Below, in pieces: positions 45,584 to 55,363 of a DNA stretch of 64,000 nucleotides. The translations under genes and the position numbers were made by a program. The notes beneath the pieces are model-generated. The model searched no databases. It was given only the letters and a program-made list of their open reading frames with translations, and was not told the DNA's origin. Positions within the stretch are counted from its first letter, which is position 1, and every line of letters begins with the position of its first letter. Location: positions 450,441-514,440 of the forward strand of contig JAVCCK010000010.1 in assembly GCA_030765525.1 (NCBI GenBank), in the 5' to 3' direction. The stretch is from Candidatus Lernaella stagnicola (lineage in GTDB: Bacteria > Lernaellota > Lernaellaia > Lernaellales > Lernaellaceae).

Positions 45584-47707
45584 TCACTCCACTTGAAAAG
45601 TATAGATGTTAACCGACTCCTCGTCGCCGTCGATGCTGATGGTCACGGTGTAGGTGCCGGGGGATTCCGGCGATTCGTCGATCGTGGCCAGGTGGATCGC
45701 CGGGCTGTCGGGGCCCACGTTGGCGGAAAAATGATGCTCGGCGACGTGCGAGCCGCTCGCGTCGGTGACAGTCAACGTCAGCCCCAGCGCGCCCAAATCT
45801 TCCAGCGTATCGTTCACGACGTAGGCCTCGATTTGCAGCGGCTTGCCGTGCGTTTTGCGAATCGGGCGATCCATCGCCACAAACGCGTAGACCGGTCGCA
45901 TCGCCTTCTGCAACGCGAAATAGCTCTTTTTGGGCTTGCGCCAGTAGTCGAGCACCGACCACTGAATCGCCGGGTTCGGGTCCGTGAACATAAAGGGCAT
46001 CACGCCGCCGTTGGGCGCGTATTTCACCCGCCGAAAGCGGTCGATATAGTGCCGGGTCATTTCACTTTGATAGTTCTGGCTTTTCTCGATCAACGTGGCC
46101 AGGTCGGGCTGTTTGAGACCGACCCAATGATCCAGCAACGCCTTTTGCAGGCTGTGTCGATACTCTAGCTCCGCCCAGTCGACGTTTTCGATCTGCGCGG
46201 CCATGAATTTCTTGCAGCTTTCCAAGTTCGGCAGACTCTGCGCGCCGAATTCGGTGTTGAACACGAGGTTTTTCGGCAGCCTCTTGATCAGGCGGTCGAA
46301 CGCCCACATCGATCTGCCCTGCACCCGGTACCAGCCGAAATAGAAGTGGGTGTCGGTGCCCTTTTGCCACGGCAACCAGACCTTGCCGCTGTGTTCGTTG
46401 ACGAAACGGGTGGGATCCACCGCCGCCAGGGCATCTTTGAGCGCGGGATCGAGCACGTCGCGATTCCATCCCCATATCCCCAACGTGAACACGGTTTTGA
46501 AAATCTCGGAGGGGGTCTCGTCGTCGGTCTCAACAAGGTAAATCGGCTCGTTGTGGCAGCACCAAATGGCGATAGACGGGTGGTTGAACAGCCCGCGTCC
46601 CATATCGGCGATCATGCGCTGGGCGATCGGCAGGATCTCGCGGCGGTAACTCCATTGCAGCGGGAAGTCCTGCCATAGCAGCAACCCCTCGCGGTCAGCG
46701 GCGCGGTAGAAATCCGGATGGTCCACGTGGGCGTGGACGCGCAGGATGTTCAGATTGGCCTGTTTGGCCAGCCGAATGTCGCGTTCACAGTCTTCGTACG
46801 TGACCGTGGCCAGGCGCGTGTCGGTCGGGGGTTGGTTGTTGCCTTTAAGGTAAAGACGTTGGCCGTTCAGCGAAAAAATCCAGTTATCCCAATGTACGGT
46901 GCGAATACCGACCTCGGCTTCGTACACGTCGCTGACTTTGCGGCCTTGCTTGATCGTCACCTTCAGGGAATACAGATTCGGTCGGCCGCGGTCGTGGGTC
47001 CACCACAGGGACGGTTCTTCCAGAATATGGGAGTAGGCGAGGGTATTGTGGCCTTCGTCAAGTTCGATTTCATGCACGAAGGCGTAGCTTTTTCCTTCAA
47101 AATCAATCGGGATCAGCTCGACGTGGATTTTCACCGCCGCCTTTTCCTGCGCCACGATTTCCAGGCGGGTCGTGGTGTGGGCATCCTCGCCGTCCAGGTC
47201 GTCGGTTTGGAACAAGCAGAGGTCGATGTGAGCGCCGCCGGAGGTGTGAATTTCCGGGGCGAGCCAGATACCTCCCGGATTGGTCGTCGGGTCCAGGCAG
47301 TCCCAGTGAGAAAAAACGCCGGTAATCATGCGTTTGTTGTTGCGTTCCTTTTCATCGGGGCAATGGACCTCGATGACCAGCTCGTTGTCTTTGGCCAACA
47401 CGTCGGTGATGTCGTATCGCTGGGGCGTAAAATATCCTTCGTGGTCGCCGAGCCGCCGACCGTTCAAAAAGACGCTGGAATAATAGAAAATCCCGGGTAG
47501 CACCAGGTGGCTGCGGGCTCCTTTTTTGGCCTTATAAGAGAACCGTTTGCGGTACAACGTGAAACCGGCGTGGTTTCGTAATTCCGGATGCATTTGCCAG
47601 TGAGACGGCACGTCCATTTGCAGCCAATTCGACACTGACTCAGGGGGCGTTTGGCTGCGGCTGACAGGGGCGAGTTCCCAACTACCATGGAGCTTTTGGA
47701 CGATCAT
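45584..47707 (-). CDS. glycoside hydrolase family 2 (beta-mannosidase/beta-galactosidase-like)
   Basis: GH2 sugar-binding and TIM-barrel motifs (SVFLNGRRLGDHEGYFTP, NILRVHAHV, LLWQDFPLQW, WCCHNEP). 707 aa. Confidence 0.65.
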   Translation of the reverse strand: MIVQKLHGSWELAPVSRSQTPPESVSNWLQMDVPSHWQMHPELRNHAGFTLYRKRFSYKAKKGARSHLVLPGIFYYSSVFLNGRRLGDHEGYFTPQRYDITDVLAKDNELVIEVHCPDEKERNNKRMITGVFSHWDCLDPTTNPGGIWLAPEIHTSGGAHIDLCLFQTDDLDGEDAHTTTRLEIVAQEKAAVKIHVELIPIDFEGKSYAFVHEIELDEGHNTLAYSHILEEPSLWWTHDRGRPNLYSLKVTIKQGRKVSDVYEAEVGIRTVHWDNWIFSLNGQRLYLKGNNQPPTDTRLATVTYEDCERDIRLAKQANLNILRVHAHVDHPDFYRAADREGLLLWQDFPLQWSYRREILPIAQRMIADMGRGLFNHPSIAIWCCHNEPIYLVETDDETPSEIFKTVFTLGIWGWNRDVLDPALKDALAAVDPTRFVNEHSGKVWLPWQKGTDTHFYFGWYRVQGRSMWAFDRLIKRLPKNLVFNTEFGAQSLPNLESCKKFMAAQIENVDWAELEYRHSLQKALLDHWVGLKQPDLATLIEKSQNYQSEMTRHYIDRFRRVKYAPNGGVMPFMFTDPNPAIQWSVLDYWRKPKKSYFALQKAMRPVYAFVAMDRPIRKTHGKPLQIEAYVVNDTLEDLGALGLTLTVTDASGSHVAEHHFSANVGPDSPAIHLATIDESPESPGTYTVTISIDGDEESVNIYTFQVE

Positions 47708-47935
47708 GATTTTTCCTTACGCCGGGATGAATCTTTCCGTTCGCGGAGATTAATCGGCGTATCCAGGCCTGTCAACATCTCATCGCCGCTGGCGTGAATC
47801 GCACACTACATAATAACCGCATTTCACGTCACGCGATACTTGTGCAATATCTTCGTTGTGATATGCTTAAGTGGTTCCGAGTTGGTATGGGGTTTCGTAC
47901 AGCAACGGCTTCAGTGGATGGGTGGGCGCGCAAAT

Positions 47936-48430
47936 ATGCGGAATTATTTGGTTATTCTTGTGCTCTGTGCGGCGTTCGGGCTGGTTCCGGCCGTCGCCTG
48001 GGCCGGGAAGTGCACGCGCGTGTTGCCGCAGGAAGTATTCGACTTTTTCGGCGACCAGCGTGAACCTTCCGTGTGCGGCGACTACGAATACAAGTTGCTC
48101 GATCTCAACGACGACGGCAAATTCGAACTTCACGTCACGAATTACCGCCGGTCCTGCGAAGATATTGGCTTCTGCAATGTCGAGTTTTTCAAACAAGACG
48201 GCGAAAAGTGGTTGCACATCGCCACCATCCCCGGCCGCATCCGCTTGCTCAAAACGACCACCGGAGGATACCACGACATCGCCACGTGGTTGTTGGGACA
48301 GCGCTACGTTTATATTTGGGACGGCAAAACCTATAAGGACAGTATGCAAGGCAACGACTCGCCGCCCGACAAGGAAAATGACGCAGAGACCCCCGACCCC
48401 GGCAAGAAGACAGTCACACCAACGCCATAA
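47936..48430 (+). CDS. hypothetical secreted protein
   Basis: Signal peptide MRNYLVILVLCAAFGLVPAVAWA. Four Cys. Lys/Asp-rich tail. Locally lower GC. Confidence 0.45.
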   Translation: MRNYLVILVLCAAFGLVPAVAWAGKCTRVLPQEVFDFFGDQREPSVCGDYEYKLLDLNDDGKFELHVTNYRRSCEDIGFCNVEFFKQDGEKWLHIATIPGRIRLLKTTTGGYHDIATWLLGQRYVYIWDGKTYKDSMQGNDSPPDKENDAETPDPGKKTVTPTP

Positions 48431-48800
48431 TTCGACACAAATCGTCCAATGACGGGTTATTTGTAAGTAATTATAGACGTTTACGAGGAAACACAGGCCT
48501 CGTTGAAAACCCCTTTTCGCGGGGAATGAGGGTTTACAATTCCGCGGGAAGTGTGTTATTTCCAGTTTTGTTCTTCGAGTGGTGACTCGAAAATGAAGTT
48601 TTTTTCCGGCTCTATGTCCCGGAAAATGTATTGAGGGAATGGCTAAATCCATAGCGCCGGAGAAGGGAGGAATGCTATCAAACAAGGGAATGAAAAACCC
48701 CGCCATGTAGGAACTGCTCGTTGATACTAAATGGCGGCGTGAATCCGATGACAATGTTATTGGCTAGGTTAACGAAACGATAGACAAGGAGATTGACACA

Positions 48801-50648
48801 ATGAGAAAGAGCGCTTTTTTTGCCGTGTTCACCATCGCGTTGTTAGTGGCCGGCGCAAGCCTGGCGACTGCCGCGACCGGCGGACCGGACGCCTACGGGT
48901 ATACGTGGGACGATACCGAAACCTACGTGTGGAATGACATTTCGGGTACCGGCACGTTGCTGGCCCTGGGTGACGACGACTATGAATATCTGGCCCCAGG
49001 CTTTGATTTTCTGTTCTATGGCAATGTCTATGACGAAGTCAGCATCACTTCGAACGGGCACATCGTGCCGGGCCTCGAAGGCTACTACGTCGGCGTAGAC
49101 TGCTCGATTTGGGCTGATTACGTCTCCCCGGTGTTCGGCGCCTGGGCTGACTTGAATCCGTCCTCGACCGGCGCGGTTTACTACGAAACGATCGGCTCTT
49201 CCCCCAACCGGAAATTCGTCGTGCAGTACGATGGCGTACCGCGCTACGGCGACGATACTGACACTACGACCTTCCAAATCGTGATGGAAGAAGCCACCAA
49301 AGACGTCGTGATCTATATGAACGATACGCTGGCCGGCACCAGCACAACCAGCGTGGCCATCGGCATTCACGGCGGCACCACTGACTTCAACCTGTTGAAC
49401 GAATGCGCCGTCGGCGCCGGTACGGCGAGCACCGCGTACCGCTTCGCGCATCCGGATGAGTACTTCCTGTTCACCGGTCCGACCGAAGCCGCCGGTAACC
49501 CCGACGACGTCGTGACCTACACCATGTCCATTGAAAACCAGACTGGCTCCAAGGGTACGTTCAACGTCGCGTTGACCGGCAACACCTGGACCACAACCGC
49601 TCCGGCGACGGTCGATATCGCTGACGGCGCCACCGGCACCTTCGACGTGGAAGTGACCGTTGCAACCACCGCTTTCTGTGGTGCTTCGGACGCCGTGACC
49701 GTCACCGTGGACAAAGGCACCATTTCGCAAGAGAAAGAGCTGACGACTTCGGTCGACTGCTTGGTCTTTGAGCTGGATGTCGAAACCGCCTCCGGCAACA
49801 ACTTGTGCCTCGGCGTTGAATATGTCGGGAACCACTTGTTCGTCACGGCCGCCGGTACGAGCGCGAATCCGCCGCATACGGTTTACGAGCTGGCTCTTGA
49901 CGGCACCCTGATCAACAGCTTCACGCAAGACGGCGTGAGTGACACTTGGGGTTGGCGCGACTTGGCTTGGGACGGCGACTATCTGTATGGTTCGGCCAAC
50001 GCCACCGTCCAGTGCTTCGAAACCGACGGTACGCTCTGTGGTTCCTTCACCGGACCGCAAACCCCGAACCGCGCGCTGGCGTACGACCCGGATACCGATC
50101 ACTTCTGGACGGCGAACTTCACGTCCGACATCTATGAATTTGATCGGACCGGCGCCATCATCAACCAGTACACCAATGCTTACTCCGCGTACGGCATGGC
50201 CTGGGATGCCGAGTCGGCGGGCGGCCCGTTCCTGTGGGTCTTTGAGCAAGACAACAACTACATTCGTCAGTTCGATCCGACGGTCGGTGACTACACCGGC
50301 GTGTTGATTCCGGTGACCGGCGATGCGGCCGGCGGCCTCGCCCTGGCCGAAAGCTTCGGCAAGGTCGGCGGCGCTCCGGTGCTGCTCGCTCTGATGCAGA
50401 TGACCCCGGATATGGTCTTCGGCTACGGCATCGGCGACGACCCAATCGGCGACGATGACGACGACGACGATGACAACGACGACAACGACACGACCGACGA
50501 TGACACCACGGGTGACGACGACACCACCGGTGACGACGACACTACGGGCGACGACGACGACGACGCGACCGACGACGATGCAACCGACGACGACACAGCC
50601 GTTGGCGGCGACGACGACGACGATGACGATAGTGGGTGTGGCTGCTAA
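48801..50648 (+). CDS. large secreted protein A: conserved N-module, beta-propeller-like core, poly-Asp tail ending DDDDDDDSGCGC
   Basis: Signal peptide. ATGGPDAYGYTWDDTETYVWNDISGTGT N-module. Repeated YD/FW blades (DTDHFWTANFTSDIYEFDRTGAI). Tail DDDDDDDNDDNDTTDDDTTGDDDTTGDDD...DSGCGC*. Confidence 0.65.
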   Translation: MRKSAFFAVFTIALLVAGASLATAATGGPDAYGYTWDDTETYVWNDISGTGTLLALGDDDYEYLAPGFDFLFYGNVYDEVSITSNGHIVPGLEGYYVGVDCSIWADYVSPVFGAWADLNPSSTGAVYYETIGSSPNRKFVVQYDGVPRYGDDTDTTTFQIVMEEATKDVVIYMNDTLAGTSTTSVAIGIHGGTTDFNLLNECAVGAGTASTAYRFAHPDEYFLFTGPTEAAGNPDDVVTYTMSIENQTGSKGTFNVALTGNTWTTTAPATVDIADGATGTFDVEVTVATTAFCGASDAVTVTVDKGTISQEKELTTSVDCLVFELDVETASGNNLCLGVEYVGNHLFVTAAGTSANPPHTVYELALDGTLINSFTQDGVSDTWGWRDLAWDGDYLYGSANATVQCFETDGTLCGSFTGPQTPNRALAYDPDTDHFWTANFTSDIYEFDRTGAIINQYTNAYSAYGMAWDAESAGGPFLWVFEQDNNYIRQFDPTVGDYTGVLIPVTGDAAGGLALAESFGKVGGAPVLLALMQMTPDMVFGYGIGDDPIGDDDDDDDDNDDNDTTDDDTTGDDDTTGDDDTTGDDDDDATDDDATDDDTAVGGDDDDDDDSGCGC

Positions 50649-50676
50649 GTAGTCCGCCTAGTTATTTGTCCATCAA

Positions 50677-50701
50677 AGAGGGCCTTCGGGCCCTCTTTTT
50701 T
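50677..50701 (+). terminator. intrinsic terminator (8-bp stem agagggcc/ggccctct, loop ttcg, T5)
   Basis: agagggccttcgggccctcttttt lies 28 nt after the stop of protein A. Confidence 0.6.
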
Positions 50702-50857
50702 CATCTCAATTCTCCTATGCGACACGGGGCAAGAGTCGATATTCGCGGGACCCATCACCCCCTTTTTTTTGAACCCCAGGCAAGGTATATTTCCAGTCAC
50801 AACGCGGCATTACACAACAGGCAAGCAGTCGGAAAACCAACCAAACGGGGGGAAACG

Positions 50858-53473
50858 ATGAGAGCGAAAGTCTTTCTGGTTTTCATGATATGTGTGTTTT
50901 TTACCGCCGGTGCGGTGACGGCACACGCGGCAACCGGCGGACCGGATGCCTACGGATATACGTGGGACGATACCGAAACCTACGTGTGGAATGACATCTC
51001 CGGAACGGGGACACCATTGACCCTGGGCGACGATGATTACGAATATCTCGCACTCGGCTTCGATATCCTTTTCTATGGTGTCAATTATACGGACGTCAGC
51101 GTAACTTCAAACGGCCATATCGTGCCGGGATTCGAAGGTTATTACGTCGGCGTCACCTGCTCCAGTTGGGCGACATACACGTCGCCGGAATGGGGCGCTT
51201 GGGCCGATCTGAACCCGTCGGCGGGCGGTTCGATCTACTACGAAACCGTGGGAACTTCGCCTAACCGCAAGTTCATCGTGCAGTACGACGAAGTGCCACG
51301 CTACGGCGACGCGGCGGACACCACGACCTTCCAACTCGTGTACGAAGAAGCGACCAAAGACGTCGTGATCTACATGAACGACACCTTGCTGGATACCAGC
51401 AGCACCAACATGGCCATCGGTATCCATGGAGGCACCGCAACCAACAACCTGCTGTATGAATGCGGCCCCGGGGCCGGCACGGCGGGCGGCGCGGTTCGCT
51501 TCGCACACCCGACTTCCTACTTCTTCGTCACGGGGGCGACATCCGGTGCGGGCCAACCTGGTGCCGTCGAGACTTACACCCTGACGGTCGATAACCATAC
51601 CGGTTCCAAAGGAACCTTCAACATCAGCCTAAGCGGCAATGCGTGGGCGACCTCCGCCCCGGCGACCGTCGATGTCGCTGATGGCGCCACCGGCACCTTC
51701 GATGTGGACGTAACGATCGATCCGACCGCTTTCTGCGGCGGTTCGGACGGCGTCACCGTCACCGTCGAAAAGGGCGGCGACTCCAAAACCCACGACATTA
51801 CAACCACCGTCGATTGCCTCATCTTTGAACTCGATGTCACGGCCGCGACCGGCGACATTCGCGTTCTCGGCGTAGAATACGTTCCTCCCTACTTGTACCT
51901 CACCGGTACCGGGGACAGCGCCACCGCGCCGCACACCGTATGGGAACTGGATCTGGCCGGGGCGGTGATCAACTCGTGGACGCAACCGGGCTCCGCCTCC
52001 TGGGGTTGGCGGGACATGGCCTACGACGGTGCTCACTTGTACGCGTCGGAAGGCTCTAACGTTGATTGTTTCGACACCGATGGCACGTCCTGCGGCTCCT
52101 TTACGGGTCCGCAAAGCCCGAACCGCGCGCTGGCGTACGACCCCGCGACGGATCACTTCTGGACGGCGAATTTCTCGTCCGACATTTACGAGTTCGACCG
52201 CGCCGGTGCGATCATCAACCAGTACACCAACGCCTACAGCGCCTACGGTATGGCTTGGGATGCCGAATCCGAAGGCGGACCCTTCCTGTGGGTCTACGAG
52301 CAAACCAACAATGCGATTCAGCAATTTAACCCCACAACCGGTGCTTACACCGGCGTGTTCATCCCGGTACCGGGCGACGGCACGGCTCTCGCCGGCGGCT
52401 TAGGCTTGGCGAGCACGTGGCCGGCTGAAGTCGGCGGCCCGCCGGTACTGTTGGCGATGGCGCAGCAAACATTCGACACCGTCTATGGCTACGGTATCGG
52501 TGACGCCGGCGACGACGATGACGACGACGATGACGACAACGACGATAACGATGACAACGACGATAACGATGACAACGACGACAATGATGACAACGACGAC
52601 AATGATGACAACGACGACAATGATGACAACGACGATAATGATGACAACGACGACAATGATGACAACGACGATAATGATGACAACGACGACAACGACACCG
52701 CCCCGGGCGATGTGGTCAAAGTCGGCTTCCAGTACGCGGGCAACGATGGTGCGTTCCACTTGTTCGATGATGTGACCATCACCGACAGCAACAAGGCGAC
52801 CGTCATCGATGAAAGCTTCGAAGGCGGGGCTGTGCCGGGCGACTGGTCACAAATCATCAACGTAGCCGGTTACACCTGGCAGGTCACCGACGGCGTCGGT
52901 GGCTCGGGCTTGGTGCCCCATACCGGAACGTACGAGGCTGAAATCGAGTGGCAGTCCACGACACCGCAGGATGAATGGCTCGTGACGCCCGCTCTGGGCG
53001 CAGCCGCCGACGGTCCCTTCGAAGTCAGTTTCTGGAATGCGGGCAGTGTGTACTGGTCGGGCAACGCGACGCTGCACGTCAGCTATACCTGCGACGACGG
53101 CGCCACTTGGACCGAGCTGTACGTCTTCCCCGGCACGGGCGAAACCGAGGACTTCACCTGGTACGAGAACACCATCCCCTTCGATTGCAGTGGCGGTGAC
53201 GACGACGACGACGACAACAACGACGATAATGACGACAATGACACGACCGATGACGACACGACCGATGACGACACAACCGATGACGACACGGGCGGCGACG
53301 ACGATACGACCGACGACGACACGACCGACGACGATACGACCGACGACGACACCGGCGCGGACGACGACGACGACGCCAGCGACGACGATGCCGGCGATGA
53401 CGACACCGGTGATGACGACACGATCGCAATCGGTGACGACGACGACGATGACGACAGCGGGTGCGGCTGTTAG
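50858..53473 (+). CDS. large secreted protein B (paralog of A) with 24x DDN repeat, extra beta-sandwich domain and the same DDDDDDDSGCGC terminus
   Basis: Same signal peptide/N-module (ATGGPDAYGYTWDDTETYVWNDISGTGT, ~90% nt identity to A over this stretch). DNDDNDDNDDN repeat block. Additional domain (VVKVGFQYAGNDGAFHLFDDVTITD...YTCDDGATWTELYVF). Second acidic tail and SGCGC*. Confidence 0.65.
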   Translation: MRAKVFLVFMICVFFTAGAVTAHAATGGPDAYGYTWDDTETYVWNDISGTGTPLTLGDDDYEYLALGFDILFYGVNYTDVSVTSNGHIVPGFEGYYVGVTCSSWATYTSPEWGAWADLNPSAGGSIYYETVGTSPNRKFIVQYDEVPRYGDAADTTTFQLVYEEATKDVVIYMNDTLLDTSSTNMAIGIHGGTATNNLLYECGPGAGTAGGAVRFAHPTSYFFVTGATSGAGQPGAVETYTLTVDNHTGSKGTFNISLSGNAWATSAPATVDVADGATGTFDVDVTIDPTAFCGGSDGVTVTVEKGGDSKTHDITTTVDCLIFELDVTAATGDIRVLGVEYVPPYLYLTGTGDSATAPHTVWELDLAGAVINSWTQPGSASWGWRDMAYDGAHLYASEGSNVDCFDTDGTSCGSFTGPQSPNRALAYDPATDHFWTANFSSDIYEFDRAGAIINQYTNAYSAYGMAWDAESEGGPFLWVYEQTNNAIQQFNPTTGAYTGVFIPVPGDGTALAGGLGLASTWPAEVGGPPVLLAMAQQTFDTVYGYGIGDAGDDDDDDDDDNDDNDDNDDNDDNDDNDDNDDNDDNDDNDDNDDNDDNDDNDDNDDNDDNDDNDTAPGDVVKVGFQYAGNDGAFHLFDDVTITDSNKATVIDESFEGGAVPGDWSQIINVAGYTWQVTDGVGGSGLVPHTGTYEAEIEWQSTTPQDEWLVTPALGAAADGPFEVSFWNAGSVYWSGNATLHVSYTCDDGATWTELYVFPGTGETEDFTWYENTIPFDCSGGDDDDDDNNDDNDDNDTTDDDTTDDDTTDDDTGGDDDTTDDDTTDDDTTDDDTGADDDDDASDDDAGDDDTGDDDTIAIGDDDDDDDSGCGC
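52510..52696 (+). repeat. in-frame tandem DNA repeat (~18-bp unit gacaacgacgacaatgat) encoding (DDN)n
   Basis: About 10 near-identical 18-bp units with synonymous gac/gat and aac/aat alternation, inside protein B. Confidence 0.7.
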
Positions 53474-53497
53474 CGACGCTCTGGCAAACAACAAACA

Positions 53498-53525
53498 GGC
53501 CGGGTCAAATTGACCCGGCCTTTTT
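53498..53525 (+). terminator. intrinsic terminator (10-bp stem ggccgggtca/tgacccggcc, loop aat, T5)
   Basis: ggccgggtcaaattgacccggccttttt lies 25 nt after the stop of protein B. Confidence 0.6.
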
Positions 53526-53571
53526 CTACGATACAATCGCCCACTGAATTTGGAAGCACGCGGAGGCAGCG

Positions 53572-55353
53572 GTGTTGCGAGACATAGGGCGACGCGCGGC
53601 AATCATCCTGGCCATTCTGGCGGCCCTGACCGTCACGGGGGGGTGTACGCCGAACAAGCCGCCGGAGTTGCGCAACGTGGTATTCGTCTCCCTCGACACT
53701 GTCCGCGCCGACCACTTGAGCTGTTATGGCTACCAACGCGCGACCAGCCCGCACATCGATGCGCTCGCCGCCGAGGGCATGTTGTTCGAAAACGCCATGG
53801 CGCAATCGTCATGGACGACGCCGTCGCATGCCTCGTTGTTTACGGGCTTGCTCAGTTCGGCCCATGGCGCGGCGCAACTCAATCAGCCGATCAAAAAGGA
53901 AGTACCGGTGCTCGCGGAGTACCTGCAGGACGCCGGCTTTCAAACCGGGGGCTTCGTAACCCACCTGTTCGTTGGCGACTACCTCGGCTTTGATCGCGGC
54001 TTCGATTCATTTTGGTACGAACAAACACCGCGCGCCAAAGGCCCGGTGGACGCCGCGCTCACCTGGCTTGAGGGGCGTAACGAGAAACCGTTCTTCTTGT
54101 TCCTGCACCTGTTTGATCCCCATCACCCCTATGCGCCGCCCGACAAATACGTGCGCCAATACGAGGGTGATTGCCGCCGCGAACCGGGCAATATGGCCTC
54201 CTTGGGCAAGTTGTTTGACCGCGATGCGACGGGCCGGGACCAGTTGCTGGCCTGCCTCATCCGTCGTTACGATGACGAAATCCACTACGCCGACGAACAA
54301 CTCGGGCGGCTGTTCGCGTACCTGAAAGAGAAAGCGTTGTGGGACCAAACGCTGGTCGTGTTCCTCTCCGACCACGGCGAGGAATTCCTCGACCACGGCA
54401 GCGTGCTGCACGCCATCACCCTGTATCAGGAACAACTACACGTCCCGCTGATCCTGGCCGGCGGGCCCCCGGGGCTGCTGCAAGCGGGGTCCCGTGTCAA
54501 AGGGCGCGTCGCGCTCTACGACATCATGCCCACGTTGTTGGACTTGTTCGACATTAAGCCCAAGGCGACGATGACCGCCCAAACGCTCCTGCCGCACCTG
54601 CGCGGAAAAACCCAGCCCGACCGCGACGTCATCGCCGAGACCAACGATGTCGGGCCCGACCGCATGACTCTGTTGTCCGGTCCGGCGAAATACCTTTATG
54701 CGCCCGATGCCCACGTGTTCCAGCAACATATGTCGGCGGAGTTTTATGACCTCGCCGGCGACCCGGGTGAAAAACATAACTTGCTGGATGAGCGGCCCCA
54801 AGAGGCCGCGCGCGTGCGGGCGCGGATGATCGAGCAGGGGCGCTACGCGACTCGCCAGGCGTGGCGGATCATGTGGGGCGGCGCCGGCAGCGAGAGAGCC
54901 GTGCGCGGCAGGTTGCAAACCGAGGGACGTTTCACCCACGCCTTCAAGTATCTCGGCTTCACACGGTTCGACGAAATCCCCGAAGACCTGCCGATCGATC
55001 AAGCATTGCGCCAAGCCGATTATCAAATCCACCGCGCGAGCCGGGTCATCAGTTTCAGCGCGGCCGACCACATTGTGGCCAACGGGTTTGCCGCCGTGCT
55101 TGCCCAAGCCGACGCCCCGCTGACCCTGACCGTCGACTGGCGAACTGAAACCGGCGACGGCAAACGCGAAACGCTCACGATAGCCGGCACGCCGACCCGT
55201 GATAAGCCTCTATTGGCCGCCGGCGGGCTCGTGCGCATCTTCACCGAAGATATCCTCACTTTTCCCGAAGCGCCGCCCGAACTCGAGATCAGCCGAAAAG
55301 AAAAATTGCCTGCGCCGCTGAAACAGAAATTGCGCACGCTGGGCTATTTCTAG
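53572..55353 (+). CDS. sulfatase-like (alkaline-phosphatase superfamily) lipoprotein with Thr/His in place of the FGly Cys/Arg
   Basis: Lipobox LTVTGGC. VFVSLDTVRADHL metal site. Signature region SSWTTPSHASLFTG (canonical C/S-x-P-x-R replaced by T-T-P-S-H). GTG start after GGAGG. Confidence 0.6.
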   Translation: MLRDIGRRAAIILAILAALTVTGGCTPNKPPELRNVVFVSLDTVRADHLSCYGYQRATSPHIDALAAEGMLFENAMAQSSWTTPSHASLFTGLLSSAHGAAQLNQPIKKEVPVLAEYLQDAGFQTGGFVTHLFVGDYLGFDRGFDSFWYEQTPRAKGPVDAALTWLEGRNEKPFFLFLHLFDPHHPYAPPDKYVRQYEGDCRREPGNMASLGKLFDRDATGRDQLLACLIRRYDDEIHYADEQLGRLFAYLKEKALWDQTLVVFLSDHGEEFLDHGSVLHAITLYQEQLHVPLILAGGPPGLLQAGSRVKGRVALYDIMPTLLDLFDIKPKATMTAQTLLPHLRGKTQPDRDVIAETNDVGPDRMTLLSGPAKYLYAPDAHVFQQHMSAEFYDLAGDPGEKHNLLDERPQEAARVRARMIEQGRYATRQAWRIMWGGAGSERAVRGRLQTEGRFTHAFKYLGFTRFDEIPEDLPIDQALRQADYQIHRASRVISFSAADHIVANGFAAVLAQADAPLTLTVDWRTETGDGKRETLTIAGTPTRDKPLLAAGGLVRIFTEDILTFPEAPPELEISRKEKLPAPLKQKLRTLGYF

Positions 55354-55363
55354 CGGAGAGGTT

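Noticed and set aside
50630-50648. MYXO-CTERM sorting signal at the SGCGC termini
   Set aside because: Canonical MYXO-CTERM continues after GCGC with a hydrophobic helix and Arg-rich tail. Here the stop codon follows GCGC directly. Kept only as an unexplained motif.
52510-52696. Possible CRISPR array (regular ~18-bp periodicity)
   Set aside because: Units are contiguous with no spacers, far shorter than CRISPR repeats, and sit in-frame within a long ORF. No cas genes nearby.
52400-53513. ORFs translating the Asp-repeat DNA in other frames or strands (VVVIIIVVV..., MTTTTMTTTT..., SSLSSLSSL...)
   Set aside because: Frame artefacts of the gac/gat/aac tandem repeats. The DDN frame is continuous with the flanking conserved domains.
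53572-55353. Annotation as formylglycine-dependent arylsulfatase
   Set aside because: Signature positions read T-T-P-S-H, not C/S-x-P-x-R. Thr nucleophile indicates LtaS/EptA-like transferase or hydrolase chemistry.
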